Positions 26,701 to 40,497 of a DNA stretch of 64,000 bases are shown piece by piece (within the stretch, counting starts at the first letter, position 1; each line of letters starts with the position of its first letter). This DNA comes from Eledone cirrhosa. Its lineage: Eukaryota. The stretch spans positions 91,946,001 through 92,010,000 of the forward strand of contig OZ024745.1 in the NCBI GenBank assembly GCA_964016885.1, read 5' to 3'. The notes under the pieces were generated by a model. That model made no database searches and was not told the origin of the DNA. It saw nothing but the letters and a program-made list of their open reading frames with translations. The translations under genes were made by a program, and so were the position numbers.

Positions 26701-29700
26701 CAAACATCTCCACTAGATACAGTAAGTTATATTACTCTGCCTGAGTTTCAAACAGCTCCACTAGATACAGTAAGTTATATTACTCTGCCTGAGTATCAAG
26801 CAGCTGCACTAGATACAGTAAGTTATATTACTCTGTCTGAGTATCAAACAGCTCCACTAGATACAGTAAGTTTTATTACTCTGCCTGAGTATCAAACAGC
26901 TCCACTAGATACAGTAAGTTATATTACTCTGCCTGAGTATCAAACAGCTCCACTAGATACAGTAAGTTATATTACTCTGCCTGAGTATCAAACAGCTCCA
27001 CTAGATACAGTAAGTTATATTACTCTGCCTGAGTATCAAGCAGCTCCACTAGATACAGTAAGTTATATTACTCTGTCTGAGTATCAAACAGCTCCACTAG
27101 ATACAGTAAGTTTTATTACTCTGCCTGAGTATCAAACAGCTCCACTAGATACAGTAAGTTATATTACTCTGCCTGAATATCAAACAGCTCCACTAGAGAC
27201 AGTAAGTTATATTACTCTGTCTGAGTATCAAACAGCTCCACTAGATACAGTAAGTTATATTACTCTGTCTGAGTATCAAACAGCTCCACTAGATACTGTA
27301 AGTTATATTACTCTGTCTGCATATCAAACAGCTCCACTATATACAGTAAGTTATATTCCTCTGTCTGAGTATCAAACAGCTCCACTAGATACAGTAAGTT
27401 ATATTACTCTGCCTGAGTATCAAACAGCTCCACTAGATAAACTAAGTTATATTACTCTGCCTGAGTATCAAACAGCTCCACTAGATACAGTAAGTTATAT
27501 TACTCTGTCTGAGTATCAAACAGCTCCACTAGATACAGTAAGTTATGTTATTCTGTCTGAGTATCAAACAGCTCCACTAGATACAGTAAGTTATATTACT
27601 CTGTCTGAGTATCAAACAGCTCCACTAGATACAGTAAGTTTTATTACTCTGCCTGAGTATCAAACAGCTCCACTAGATACAGTAAGTTATGTTATTCTGT
27701 CTGAGTATCAAACAGCTCCACTAGATACAGTAAGTTATATTACTCTGTCTGAGTATCAAACAGCTCCACTAGATACAGTAAGTTATATTACTCTGCCTGA
27801 GTATCAAACAGCTCCACTAGATACAGTAAGTTATATTACTCTGCCTGAGTATCAAACAGCTCCACTAGATACAGTAAGTTATATTACTCTGTCTGAGTAT
27901 CAAACAGCTCCACTAGATACAGTAGGTTATATTACTCTGCCTGAGTATCAAACAGCTCCCCTAGATACAGTAGGTTATATTACTCTGTCTGAGTATCAAA
28001 CAGCTCCACTAGATACAGTAATTATATTACTCTGTCTGAGTATCAAACATCTCCACTAGATACAGTAAGTTATATTACTCTGCCTGAGTTTCAAACAGCT
28101 CCACTAGATACAGTAAGTTATATTACTCTGCCTGAGTATCAAGCAGCTGCACTAGATACAGTAAGTTATATTACTCTGTCTGAGTATCAAACAGCTCCAC
28201 TAGATACAGTAAGTTTTATTACTCTGCCTGAGTATCAAACAGCTCCACTAGATACAGTAAGTTATATTACTCTGCCTGAGTATCAAACAGCTCCACTAGA
28301 TACAGTAAGTTATATTACTCTGCCTGAGTATCAAACAGCTCCACTAGATACAGTAAGTTATATTACTCTGCCTGAGTATCAAGCAGCTCCACTAGATACA
28401 GTAAGTTATATTACTCTGTCTGAGTATCAAACAGCTCCACTAGATACAGTAAGTTTTATTACTCTGCCTGAGTATCAAACAGCTCCACTAGATACAGTAA
28501 GTTATATTACTCTGCCTGAATATCAAACAGCTCCACTAGAGACAGTAAGTTATATTACTCTGTCTGAGTATCAAACAGCTCCACTAGATACAGTAAGTTA
28601 TATTACTCTGTCTGAGTATCAAACAGCTCCACTAGATACTGTAAGTTATATTACTCTGTCTGCATATCAAACAGCTCCACTATATACAGTAAGTTATATT
28701 CCTCTGTCTGAGTATCAAACAGCTCCACTAGATACAGTAAGTTATATTACTCTGCCTGAGTATCAAACAGCTCCACTAGATAAACTAAGTTATATTACTC
28801 TGCCTGAGTATCAAACAGCTCCACTAGATACAGTAAGTTATATTACTCTGTCTGAGTATCAAACAGCTCCACTAGATACAGTAAGTTATATTACTCTGCC
28901 TGAGTATCAAACAGCTCCACTTGATACAGTAAGTTATATTACTCTGTCTGATTATCAAACAGCTCCCCCAGATACAGTAAGTTATTTTACTCTGCCTGAG
29001 TATCAAACAGCTCCACTAGATACAGTAAGTTATATTATTCTGTCTGAGTATCAAACAGCTCCACTAGATACAGTAAGTTATATTACTCTGTCTGAGTATC
29101 AAACAGCTCCACTAAATACAGTAAGTTATATTACTCTGTCTGCGTATCAAACAGCTCCACTAGATACAGTAAGTTATATTACTCTGTCTGAGTATCAAAC
29201 AGCTCCACTAGATAAAGTAAGTTATATTACTCTGCCTGAGTATTAAACAGCTCCACTAGATACTGTAAGTTATATTACTCTGTCTGCGTATCAAACAGCT
29301 CCACTAGATACAGTAAGTTATATTACTCTGTCTGAGTATCAAACCGCTCCACTAGATACAGTAAGTTATATTACTCTGCCTGAGTATCAAACAGCTCCAC
29401 TAGATACAGTAAGTTATATTACTCTGTCTGAGTATCAAACAGCTCCACTAGATACAGTAATTATATTACTCTGTCTGAGTATCCAACATCTCCACTAGAT
29501 ACAGTAAGTTATATTACTCTGCCTGAGTTTCAAACAGCTCCACTAGATACAGTAAGTTATATTACTCTGCCTGAGTATCAAGCAGCTCCACTAGATACAG
29601 TAAGTTATATTACTCTGTCTGAGTATCAAACAGCTCCACTAGATACAGTAAGTTTTATTACTCTGCCTGAGTATCAAACAGCTCCACTAGATACAGTAAG

Positions 29701-30637
29701 TTATATTACTCTGCCTGAGTATCAAACAGCTCCACTAGATACAGTAAGTTATATTACTCTGCCTGAGTATCAAACAGCTCCACTAGATACAGTAAGTTAT
29801 ATTACTCTGCCTGAGTATCAAGCAGCTCCACTAGATACAGTAAGTTATATTACTCTGTCTGAGTATCAAACAGCTCCACTAGATACAGTAAGTTTTATTA
29901 CTCTGCCTGAGTATCAAACAGCTCCACTAGATACAGTAAGTTATATTAGTCTGCCTGAATATCAAACAGCTCCACTAGAGACAGTAAGTTATATTACTCT
30001 GTCTGAGTATCAAACAGCTCCACTAGATACAGTAAGTTATATTACTCTGTCTGAGTATCAAACAGCTCCACTAGATACTGTAAGTTATATTACTCTGTCT
30101 GCATATCAAACAGCTCCACTATATACAGTAAGTTATATTACTCTGCCTGAGTATCAAACAGCTCCACTAGATAAACTAAGTTATATTACTCTGCCTGAGT
30201 ATCAAACAGCTCCACTAGATACAGTAAGTTATATTACTCTGTCTGAGTATCAAACAGCTCCACTAGATACAGTAAGTTATATTACTCTGCCTGAGTATCA
30301 AACAGCTCCACTTGATACAGTAAGTTATATTACTCTGTCTGATTATCAAACAGCTCCCCCAGATACAGTAAGTTATTTTACTCTGCCTGAGTATCAAACA
30401 GCTCCACTAGATACAGTAAGTTATATTATTCTGTCTGAGTATCAAACAGCTCCACTAGATACAGTAAGTTATATTACTCTGTCTGAGTATCAAACAGCTC
30501 CACTAAATACAGTAAGTTATATTACTCTGTCTGCGTATCAAACAGCTCCACTAGATACAGTAAGTTATATTACTCTGTCTGAGTATCAAACAGCTCCACT
30601 AGATAAAGTAAGTTATATTACTCTGCCTGAGTATTAA

Positions 30638-33600
30638 ACAGCTCCACTAGATACTGTAACTTATATTACTCTGTCTGCGTATCAAACAGCTCCACTAGAT
30701 ACAGTAAGTTATATTACTCTGTCTGAGTATCAAACCGCTCCACTAGATACAGTAAGTTATATTACTCTGCCTGAGTATCAAACAGCTCCACTAGATACAG
30801 TAAGTTATATTACTCTGTCTGATTATCAAACAGCTCCACTAGATACAGTAAGTTATATTACTCTGCCTGAGTATCAAACAGCTCCCCCAGATACAGTAAG
30901 TTATATTACTCTGCCTGAGTATCAAACAGCTCCACTAGATACAGTAAGTTATATTACTCTGCCTGAGTATCAAGCAGCTCCACTAGATACAGTAAGTTAT
31001 ATTACTCTGTCTGAGTATCAAACAGCTCCACTAGATACAGTAAGTTATATTACTCTGCCTGAGTTTCAAACAGCTCCACTAGATACAGTAAGTTATATTA
31101 CTCTGCCTGAGTATCAAGCAGCTCCACTAGATACAGTAAGTTATATTACTCTGTCTGAGTATCAAACAGCTCCACTAGATACAGTAAGTTATATTACTCT
31201 GTCTGAGTATCAAACAGCTCCACTAAATACAGTAAGTTATATTACTCTGTCTGCGTATCAAACAGCTCCACTAGATACAGTAAGTTTTATTACTCTGCCT
31301 GAGTATCAAACAGCTCCACTATATACAGTAGGTTATATTACTCTGCCTGAGTATCAAACAGCTCCCCTAGATACAGTAGGTTATATTACTCTGCCTGAGT
31401 ATCAAACAGCTCCACTAGATACAGTAAGTTATATTACTCTGCCTGAGTATCAAACAGCTCCACTAGATACAGTAAGTTATATTACTCTGCCTCAGTATCA
31501 AACAGCTCCACTAGATACAGTAAGTTATATTACTCAGCCTGAGTATCAAACAGCTCCACTAGATACAGTAAGTTATATTACTCTGTCTGAGTATCAAACA
31601 GCTCCACTATATACAGTAGGTTATATTACTCTGCCTGAGTATCAAACAGCTCCCCTAGATACAGTAGGTTATATTACTCTGCCTGAGTATCAAACAGCTC
31701 CACTAGATACAGTAAGTTATATTACTCTGCCTGAGTATCAAACAGCTCCACTAGATACAGTAAGTTATATTACTCTGCCTGAGTATCAAACAGCTCCACT
31801 AGATACAGTAAGTTATATTACTCTGCCTGAGTATCAAGCAGCTCCACTAGATACAGTAAGTTATATTACTCTGTCTGAGTATCAAACAGCTCCACTAGAT
31901 ACAGTAAGTTTTATTACTCTGCCTGAGTATCAAACAGCTCCACTAGATACAGTAAGTTATATTACTCTGCCTGAATATCAAACAGCTCCACTAGAGACAG
32001 TAAGTTATATTACTCTGCCTGAGTATCAAACAGCTCCACTAGATAAACTAAGTTATATTACTCTGCCTGAGTATCAAACAGCTCCACTAGATACAGTAAG
32101 TTATATTACTCTGTCTGAGTATCAAACAGCTCCACTAGATAAAGTAAGTTATATTACTCTGCCTGAGTATCAAGCAGCTCCACTAGATACAGTAAGTTAT
32201 ATTACTCTGTCTGATTATCAAACAGCTCCACTAGATACAGTAAGTTATATTACTCTGTCTGAGTATCAAACAGCTCCACTAGATACAGTAAGTTATATTA
32301 CTCTGCCTGAGTATCAAACAGCTCGACTAGATACAGTAAGTTATATTACTCTGTCTGAGTATCAAACACCTCCACTAAATACAGTAAGTTATATTACTCT
32401 GTCTGCGTATCAAACAGCTCCACTAGATACAGTAAGTTATATTACTCTGTCTGAGTATCAAACAGCTCCACTAGATAAAGTAAGTTATATTACTCTGCCT
32501 GAGTATCAAACAGCTCCACTAAATACTGTAAGTTATATTACTCTGTCTGCGTATCAAACAGCTCCACTAGATACAGTAAGTTATATTACTCTGTCTGAGT
32601 ATCAAACCGCTCCACTAGATACAGTAAGTTATATTACTGTGCCTGAGTATCAAACAGCTCCACTAGATAAAGTAAGTTATATTACTCTGCCTGAGTATCA
32701 AACAGCTCCACTAGATAAAGTAAGTTATATTACTCTGCCTGAGTATCAAACAGCTCCACTAGATACAGTAAGTTATATTACTCTGCCTGAGTATCAAACA
32801 GCTCCACTAGATACAGTAAGTTATATTACTCTGTCTGATTATCAAACAGCTCCACTAGATACAGTAAGTTATATTACTCTGCCTGAGTATCAAACAGCTC
32901 CCCCAGATACAGTAAGTTGTATTACTCTGCCTGAGTATCAAACAGCTCCACTAGATACAGTAAGTTATGTTATTCTGTCTGAGTATCAAACAGCTCCACT
33001 AGATACAGTAAGTTATATTACTCTGTCTGAGTATCAAACAGCTCCACTAGATACAGTAAGTTATATTACTCTGCCTGAGTATCAAACAGCTCCACTAGAT
33101 ACAGTAAGTTATATTACTCTGCCTGAGTATCAAACAGCTCCACTAGATACAGTAAGTTATATTACTCTGCCTGAGTATCAAGCAGCTCCACTAGATACAG
33201 TAAGTTATATTACTCTGTCTGAGTATCAAACAGCTCCACTAGATACAGTAAGTTTTATTACTCTGCCTGAGTATCAAACAGCTCCACTAGATACAGTAAG
33301 TTATATTACTCTGCCTGAATATCAAACAGCTCCACTAGAGACAGTAAGTTATATTACTCTGCCTGAGTATCAAACAGCTCCACTAGATAAACTAAGTTAT
33401 ATTACTCTGCCTGAGTATCAAACAGCTCCACTAGATACAGTAAGTTATATTACTCTGTCTGAGTATCAAACAGCTCCACTAGATACAGTAAGTTATATTA
33501 CTCTGCCTGAGTATCAAGCAGCTCCACTAGATACAGTAAGTTATATTACTCTGTCTGATTATCAAACAGCTCCACTAGATACAGTAAGTTATATTACTCT

Positions 33601-36600
33601 GTCTGAGTATCAAATGGCTCCACTAGATACAGTAAGTTATATTACTCTGCCTGAGTATCAAACAGCTCCACTAGATACAGTAAGTTATATTACTCTGTCT
33701 GAGTATCAAACACCTCCACTAAATACAGTAAGTTATATTACTCTGTCTGCGTATCAAACAGCTCCACTAGATACAGTAAGTTATATTACTCTGTCTGAGT
33801 ATCAAACAGCTCCACTAGATAAAGTAAGTTATATTACTCTGCCTGAGTATCAAACAGCTCCACTAGATACTGTAAGTTATATTACTCTGTCTGCGTATCA
33901 AACAGCTCCACTAGATACAGTAAGTTATATTACTCTGTCTGAGTATCAAACCGCTCCACTAGATACAGTAAGTTATATTACTGTGCCTGAGTATCAAACA
34001 GCTCCACTAGATAAAGTAAGTTATATTACTCTGCCTGAGTATCAAACAGCTCCACTAGATAAAGTAAGTTATATTACTCTGCCTGAGTATCAAACAGCTC
34101 CACTAGATACAGTAAGTTATATTACTCTGCCTGAGTATCAAACAGCTCCACTAGATACAGTAAGTTATATTACTCTGTCTGATTATCAAACAGCTCCACT
34201 AGATACAGTAAGTTATATTACTCTGCCTGAGTATCAAACAGCTCCCCCAGATACAGTAAGTTGTATTACTCTGCCTGAGTATCAAACAGCTCCACTAGAT
34301 ACAGTAAGTTATGTTATTCTGTCTGAGTATCAAACAGCTCCACTAGATACAGTAAGTTATATTACTCTGCCTGAGTATCAAACAGCTCCACTAGATACAG
34401 TAAGTTATATTACTCTGCCTGAGTATCAAGCAGCTCCACTAGATACAGTAAGTTATATTACTCTGTCTGAGTATCAAACAGCTCCACTAGATACAGTAAG
34501 TTTTATTACTCTGCCTGAGTATCAAACAGCTCCACTAGATACAGTAAGTTATATTACTCTGCCTGAATATCAAACAGCTCCACTAGAGACAGTAAGTTAT
34601 ATTACTCTGCCTGAGTATCAAACAGCTCCACTAGATAAACTAAGTTATATTACTCTGCCTGAGTATCAAACAGCTCCACTAGATACAGTAAGTTATATTA
34701 CTCTGTCTGAGTATCAAACAGCTCCACTAGATAAAGTAAGTTATATTACTCTGCCTGAGTATCAAGCAGCTCCACTAGATACAGTAAGTTATATTACTCT
34801 GTCTGATTATCAAACAGCTCCACTAGATACAGTAAGTTATATTACTCTGTCTGAGTATCAAACAGCTCCACTAGATACAGTAAGTTATATTACTCTGCCT
34901 GAGTATCAAACAGCTCCACTAGATACAGTAAGTTATATTACTCTGTCTGAGTATCAAACACCTCCACTAAATACAGTAAGTTATATTACTCTGTCTGCGT
35001 ATCAAACAGCTCCACTAGATACAGTAAGTTATATTACTCTGTCTGAGTATCAAACAGCTCCACTAGATAAAGTAAGTTATATTACTCTGCCTGAGTATCA
35101 AACAGCTCCACTAAATACTGTAAGTTATATTACTCTGTCTGCGTATCAAACAGCTCCACTAGATACAGTAAGTTATATTACTCTGTCTGAGTATCAAACC
35201 GCTCCACTAGATACAGTAAGTTATATTACTGTGCCTGAGTATCAAACAGCTCCACTAGATAAAGTAAGTTATATTACTCTGCCTGAGTATCAAACAGCTC
35301 CACTAGATAAAGTAAGTTATATTACTCTGCCTGAGTATCAAACAGCTCCACTAGATACAGTAAGTTATATTACTCTGCCTGAGTATCAAACAGCTCCACT
35401 AGATACAGTAAGTTATATTACTCTGTCTGATTATCAAACAGCTCCACTAGATACAGTAAGTTATATTACTCTGCCTGAGTATCAAACAGCTCCCCCAGAT
35501 ACAGTAAGTTGTATTACTCTGCCTGAGTATCAAACAGCTCCACTAGATACAGTAAGTTATGTTATTCTGTCTGAGTATCAAACAGCTCCACTAGATACAG
35601 TAAGTTATATTACTCTGTCTGAGTATCAAACAGCTCCACTAGATACAGTAAGTTATATTACTCTGCCTGAGTATCAAACAGCTCCACTAGATACAGTAAG
35701 TTATATTACTCTGCCTGAGTATCAAACAGCTCCACTAGATACAGTAAGTTATATTACTCTGCCTGAGTATCAAGCAGCTCCACTAGATACAGTAAGTTAT
35801 ATTACTCTGTCTGAGTATCAAACAGCTCCACTAGATACAGTAAGTTTTATTACTCTGCCTGAGTATCAAACAGCTCCACTAGATACAGTAAGTTATATTA
35901 CTCTGCCTGAATATCAAACAGCTCCACTAGAGACAGTAAGTTATATTACTCTGCCTGAGTATCAAACAGCTCCACTAGATAAACTAAGTTATATTACTCT
36001 GCCTGAGTATCAAACAGCTCCACTAGATACAGTAAGTTATATTACTCTGTCTGAGTATCAAACAGCTCCACTAGATACAGTAAGTTATATTACTCTGCCT
36101 GAGTATCAAGCAGCTCCACTAGATACAGTAAGTTATATTACTCTGTCTGATTATCAAACAGCTCCACTAGATACAGTAAGTTATATTACTCTGTCTGAGT
36201 ATCAAATGGCTCCACTAGATACAGTAAGTTATATTACTCTGCCTGAGTATCAAACAGCTCCACTAGATACAGTAAGTTATATTACTCTGTCTGAGTATCA
36301 AACACCTCCACTAAATACAGTAAGTTATATTACTCTGTCTGCGTATCAAACAGCTCCACTAGATACAGTAAGTTATATTACTCTGTCTGAGTATCAAACA
36401 GCTCCACTAGATAAAGTAAGTTATATTACTCTGCCTGAGTATCAAACAGCTCCACTAGATACTGTAAGTTATATTACTCTGTCTGCGTATCAAACAGCTC
36501 CACTAGATACAGTAAGTTATATTACTCTGTCTGAGTATCAAACCGCTCCACTAGATACAGTAAGTTATATTACTGTGCCTGAGTATCAAACAGCTCCACT

Positions 36601-37273
36601 AGATAAAGTAAGTTATATTACTCTGCCTGAGTATCAAACAGCTCCACTAGATAAAGTAAGTTATATTACTCTGCCTGAGTATCAAACAGCTCCACTAGAT
36701 ACAGTAAGTTATATTACTCTGCCTGAGTATCAAACAGCTCCACTAGATACAGTAAGTTATATTACTCTGTCTGATTATCAAACAGCTCCACTAGATACAG
36801 TAAGTTATATTACTCTGCCTGAGTATCAAACAGCTCCCCCAGATACAGTAAGTTGTATTACTCTGCCTGAGTATCAAACAGCTCCACTAGATACAGTAAG
36901 TTATGTTATTCTGTCTGAGTATCAAACAGCTCCACTAGATACAGTAAGTTATATTACTCTGTCTGAGTATCAAATAGCTCCACTAGATACAGTAAGTTAT
37001 ATTACTCTGCCTGAGTATCAAACAGCTCCACTAGATACAGTAAGTTATATTACTCTGCCTGAGTATCAAACAGCTCCACTAGATACAGTAAGTTATATTA
37101 CTCTGTCTGAGTATCAAACAGCTCCACTAGATACAGTAGGTTATATTACTCTGCCTGAGTATCAAACAGCTCCCCTAGATACAGTAGGTTATATTACTCT
37201 GTCTGAGTATCAAACAGCTCCACTAGATACAGTAATTATATTACTCTGTCTGAGTATCCAACATCTCCACTAG
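30638..37273 (+). other. Longest stop-free stretch (~6.6 kb, ~2200 codons of ITLPEYQTAPLDTVSY repeats; includes the 1544-aa ORF); probably non-coding
   Basis: The frame is open from just after the TAA at 30635 to the frameshift near 37235 and the stop at 37273. There is no unique N- or C-terminal domain, and the called start is a CTG-to-GTG variant. The confidence value refers to it being a real coding region. Confidence 0.1.
31700..36950. repeat. Nested 28/26-monomer units forming a 54-monomer (2592-bp) duplication
   Basis: The ACTGTG variant occurs at 32639, 33983, 35231 and 36575 (spacings 1344, 1248, 1344). The ATG variant occurs at 33614 and 36206 (offset 2592). The same 1344 spacing appears at 6966/8310. 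Confidence 0.88.
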
Positions 37274-40200
37274 ATACAGTAAGTTATATTACTCTGCCTG
37301 AGTTTCAAACAGCTCCACTAGATACAGTAAGTTATATTACTCTGCCTGAGTATCAAGCAGCTCCACTAGATACAGTAAGTTATATTACTCTGTCTGAGTA
37401 TCAAACAGCTCCACTAGATACAGTAAGTTTTATTACTCTGCCTGAGTATCAAACAGCTCCACTAGATACAGTAAGTTATATTACTCTGCCTGAGTATCAA
37501 ACAGCTCCACTAGATACAGTAAGTTATATTACTCTGCCTGAGTATCAAACAGCTCCACTAGATACAGTAAGTTATATTACTCTGCCTGAGTATCAAGCAG
37601 CTCCACTAGATACAGTAAGTTATATTACTCTGTCTGAGTATCAAACAGCTCCACTAGATACAGTAAGTTTTATTACTCTGCCTGAGTATCAAACAGCTCC
37701 ACTAGATACAGTAAGTTATATTAGTCTGCCTGAATATCAAACAGCTCCACTAGAGACAGTAAGTTATATTACTCTGTCTGAGTATCAAACAGCTCCACTA
37801 GATACAGTAAGTTATATTACTCTGTCTGAGTATCAAACAGCTCCACTAGATACTGTAAGTTATATTACTCTGTCTGCATATCAAACAGCTCCACTATATA
37901 CAGTAAGTTATATTCCTCTGTCTGAGTATCAAACAGCTCCACTAGATACAGTAAGTTATATTACTCTGCCTGAGTATCAAACAGCTCCACTAGATAAACT
38001 AAGTTATATTACTCTGCCTGAGTATCAAACAGCTCCACTAGATACAGTAAGTTATATTACTCTGTCTGAGTATCAAACAGCTCCACTAGATACAGTAAGT
38101 TATATTACTCTGCCTGAGTATCAAACAGCTCCACTTGATACAGTAAGTTATATTACTCTGTCTGATTATCAAACAGCTCCCCCAGATACAGTAAGTTATT
38201 TTACTCTGCCTGAGTATCAAACAGCTCCACTAGATACAGTAAGTTATATTATTCTGTCTGAGTATCAAACAGCTCCACTAGATACAGTAAGTTATATTAC
38301 TCTGTCTGAGTATCAAACAGCTCCACTAAATACAGTAAGTTATATTACTCTGTCTGCGTATCAAACAGCTCCACTAGATACAGTAAGTTATATTACTCTG
38401 TCTGAGTATCAAACAGCTCCACTAGATAAAGTAAGTTATATTACTCTGCCTGAGTATTAAACAGCTCCACTAGATACTGTAACTTATATTACTCTGTCTG
38501 CGTATCAAACAGCTCCACTAGATACAGTAAGTTATATTACTCTGTCTGAGTATCAAACCGCTCCACTAGATACAGTAAGTTATATTACTCTGCCTGAGTA
38601 TCAAACAGCTCCACTAGATACAGTAAGTTATATTACTCTGTCTGATTATCAAACAGCTCCACTAGATACAGTAAGTTATATTACTCTGCCTGAGTATCAA
38701 ACAGCTCCCCCAGATACAGTAAGTTATATTACTCTGCCTGAGTATCAAACAGCTCCACTAGATACAGTAAGTTATATTACTCTGCCTGAGTATCAAGCAG
38801 CTCCACTAGATACAGTAAGTTATATTACTCTGTCTGAGTATCAAACAGCTCCACTAGATACAGTAAGTTATATTACTCTGCCTGAGTTTCAAACAGCTCC
38901 ACTAGATACAGTAAGTTATATTACTCTGCCTGAGTATCAAGCAGCTCCACTAGATACAGTAAGTTATATTACTCTGTCTGAGTATCAAACAGCTCCACTA
39001 GATACAGTAAGTTATATTACTCTGTCTGAGTATCAAACAGCTCCACTAAATACAGTAAGTTATATTACTCTGTCTGCGTATCAAACAGCTCCACTAGATA
39101 CAGTAAGTTTTATTACTCTGCCTGAGTATCAAACAGCTCCACTAGATACAGTAAGTTATATTACTCTGCCTGAATATCAAACAGCTCCACTAGAGGCAGT
39201 AAGTTATATTACTCTGCCTGAGTATCAAACAGCTCCACTAGATAAACTAAGTTATATTACTCTGCCTGAGTATCAAACAGCTCCACTAGATACAGTAAGT
39301 TATATTACTCTGTCTGAGTATCAAACAGCTCCACTAGATACAGTAAGTTATATTACTCTGCCTGAGTATCAAGCAGCTCCACTAGATACAGTAAGTTATA
39401 TTACTCTGTCTGATTATCAAACAGCTCCACTAGATACAGTAAGTTATATTACTCTGTCTGAGTATCAAACAGCTCCACTAGATACAGTAAGTTATATTAC
39501 TCTGCCTGAGTATCAAACAGCTCCACTAGATACAGTAAGTTATATTACTCTGTCTGAGTATCAAACACCTCCACTAAATACAGTAAGTTATATTACTCTG
39601 TCTGCGTATCAAACAGCTCCACTAGATACAGTAAGTTATATTACTCTGTCTGAGTATCAAACAGCTCCACTAGATAAAGTAAGTTATATTACTCTGCCTG
39701 AGTATCAAACAGCTCCACTAGATACTGTAAGTTATATTACTCTGTCTGCGTATCAAACAGCTCCACTAGATACAGTAAGTTATATTACTCTGTCTGAGTA
39801 TCAAACCGCTCCACTAGATACAGTAAGTTATATTACTGTGCCTGAGTATCAAACAGCTCCACTAGATAAAGTAAGTTATATTACTCTGCCTGAGTATCAA
39901 ACAGCTCCACTAGATAAAGTAAGTTATATTACTCTGCCTGAGTATCAAACAGCTCCACTAGATACAGTAAGTTATATTACTCTGCCTGAGTATCAAACAG
40001 CTCCACTAGATACAGTAAGTTATGTTACTCTGTCTGATTATGAAACAGCTCCACTAGATACAGTAAGTTATATTACTCTGCCTGAGTATCAAACAGCTCC
40101 CCCAGATACAGTAAGTTGTATTACTCTGCCTGAGTATCAAACAGCTCCACTAGATACAGTAAGTTATGTTATTCTGTCTGAGTATCAAACAGCTCCACTA

Positions 40201-40497
40201 GATACAGTAAGTTATATTACTCTGTCTGAGTATCAAACAGCTCCACTAGATACAGTAAGTTATATTACTCTGCCTGAGTATCAAACAGCTCCACTAGATA
40301 CAGTAAGTTATATTACTCTGCCTGAGTATCAAACAGCTCCACTAGATACAGTAAGTTATATTACTCTGTCTGAGTATCAAACAGCTCCACTAGATACAGT
40401 AGGTTATATTACTCTGCCTGAGTATCAAACAGCTCCCCTAGATACAGTAGGTTATATTACTCTGTCTGAGTATCAAACAGCTCCACTAGATACAGTA

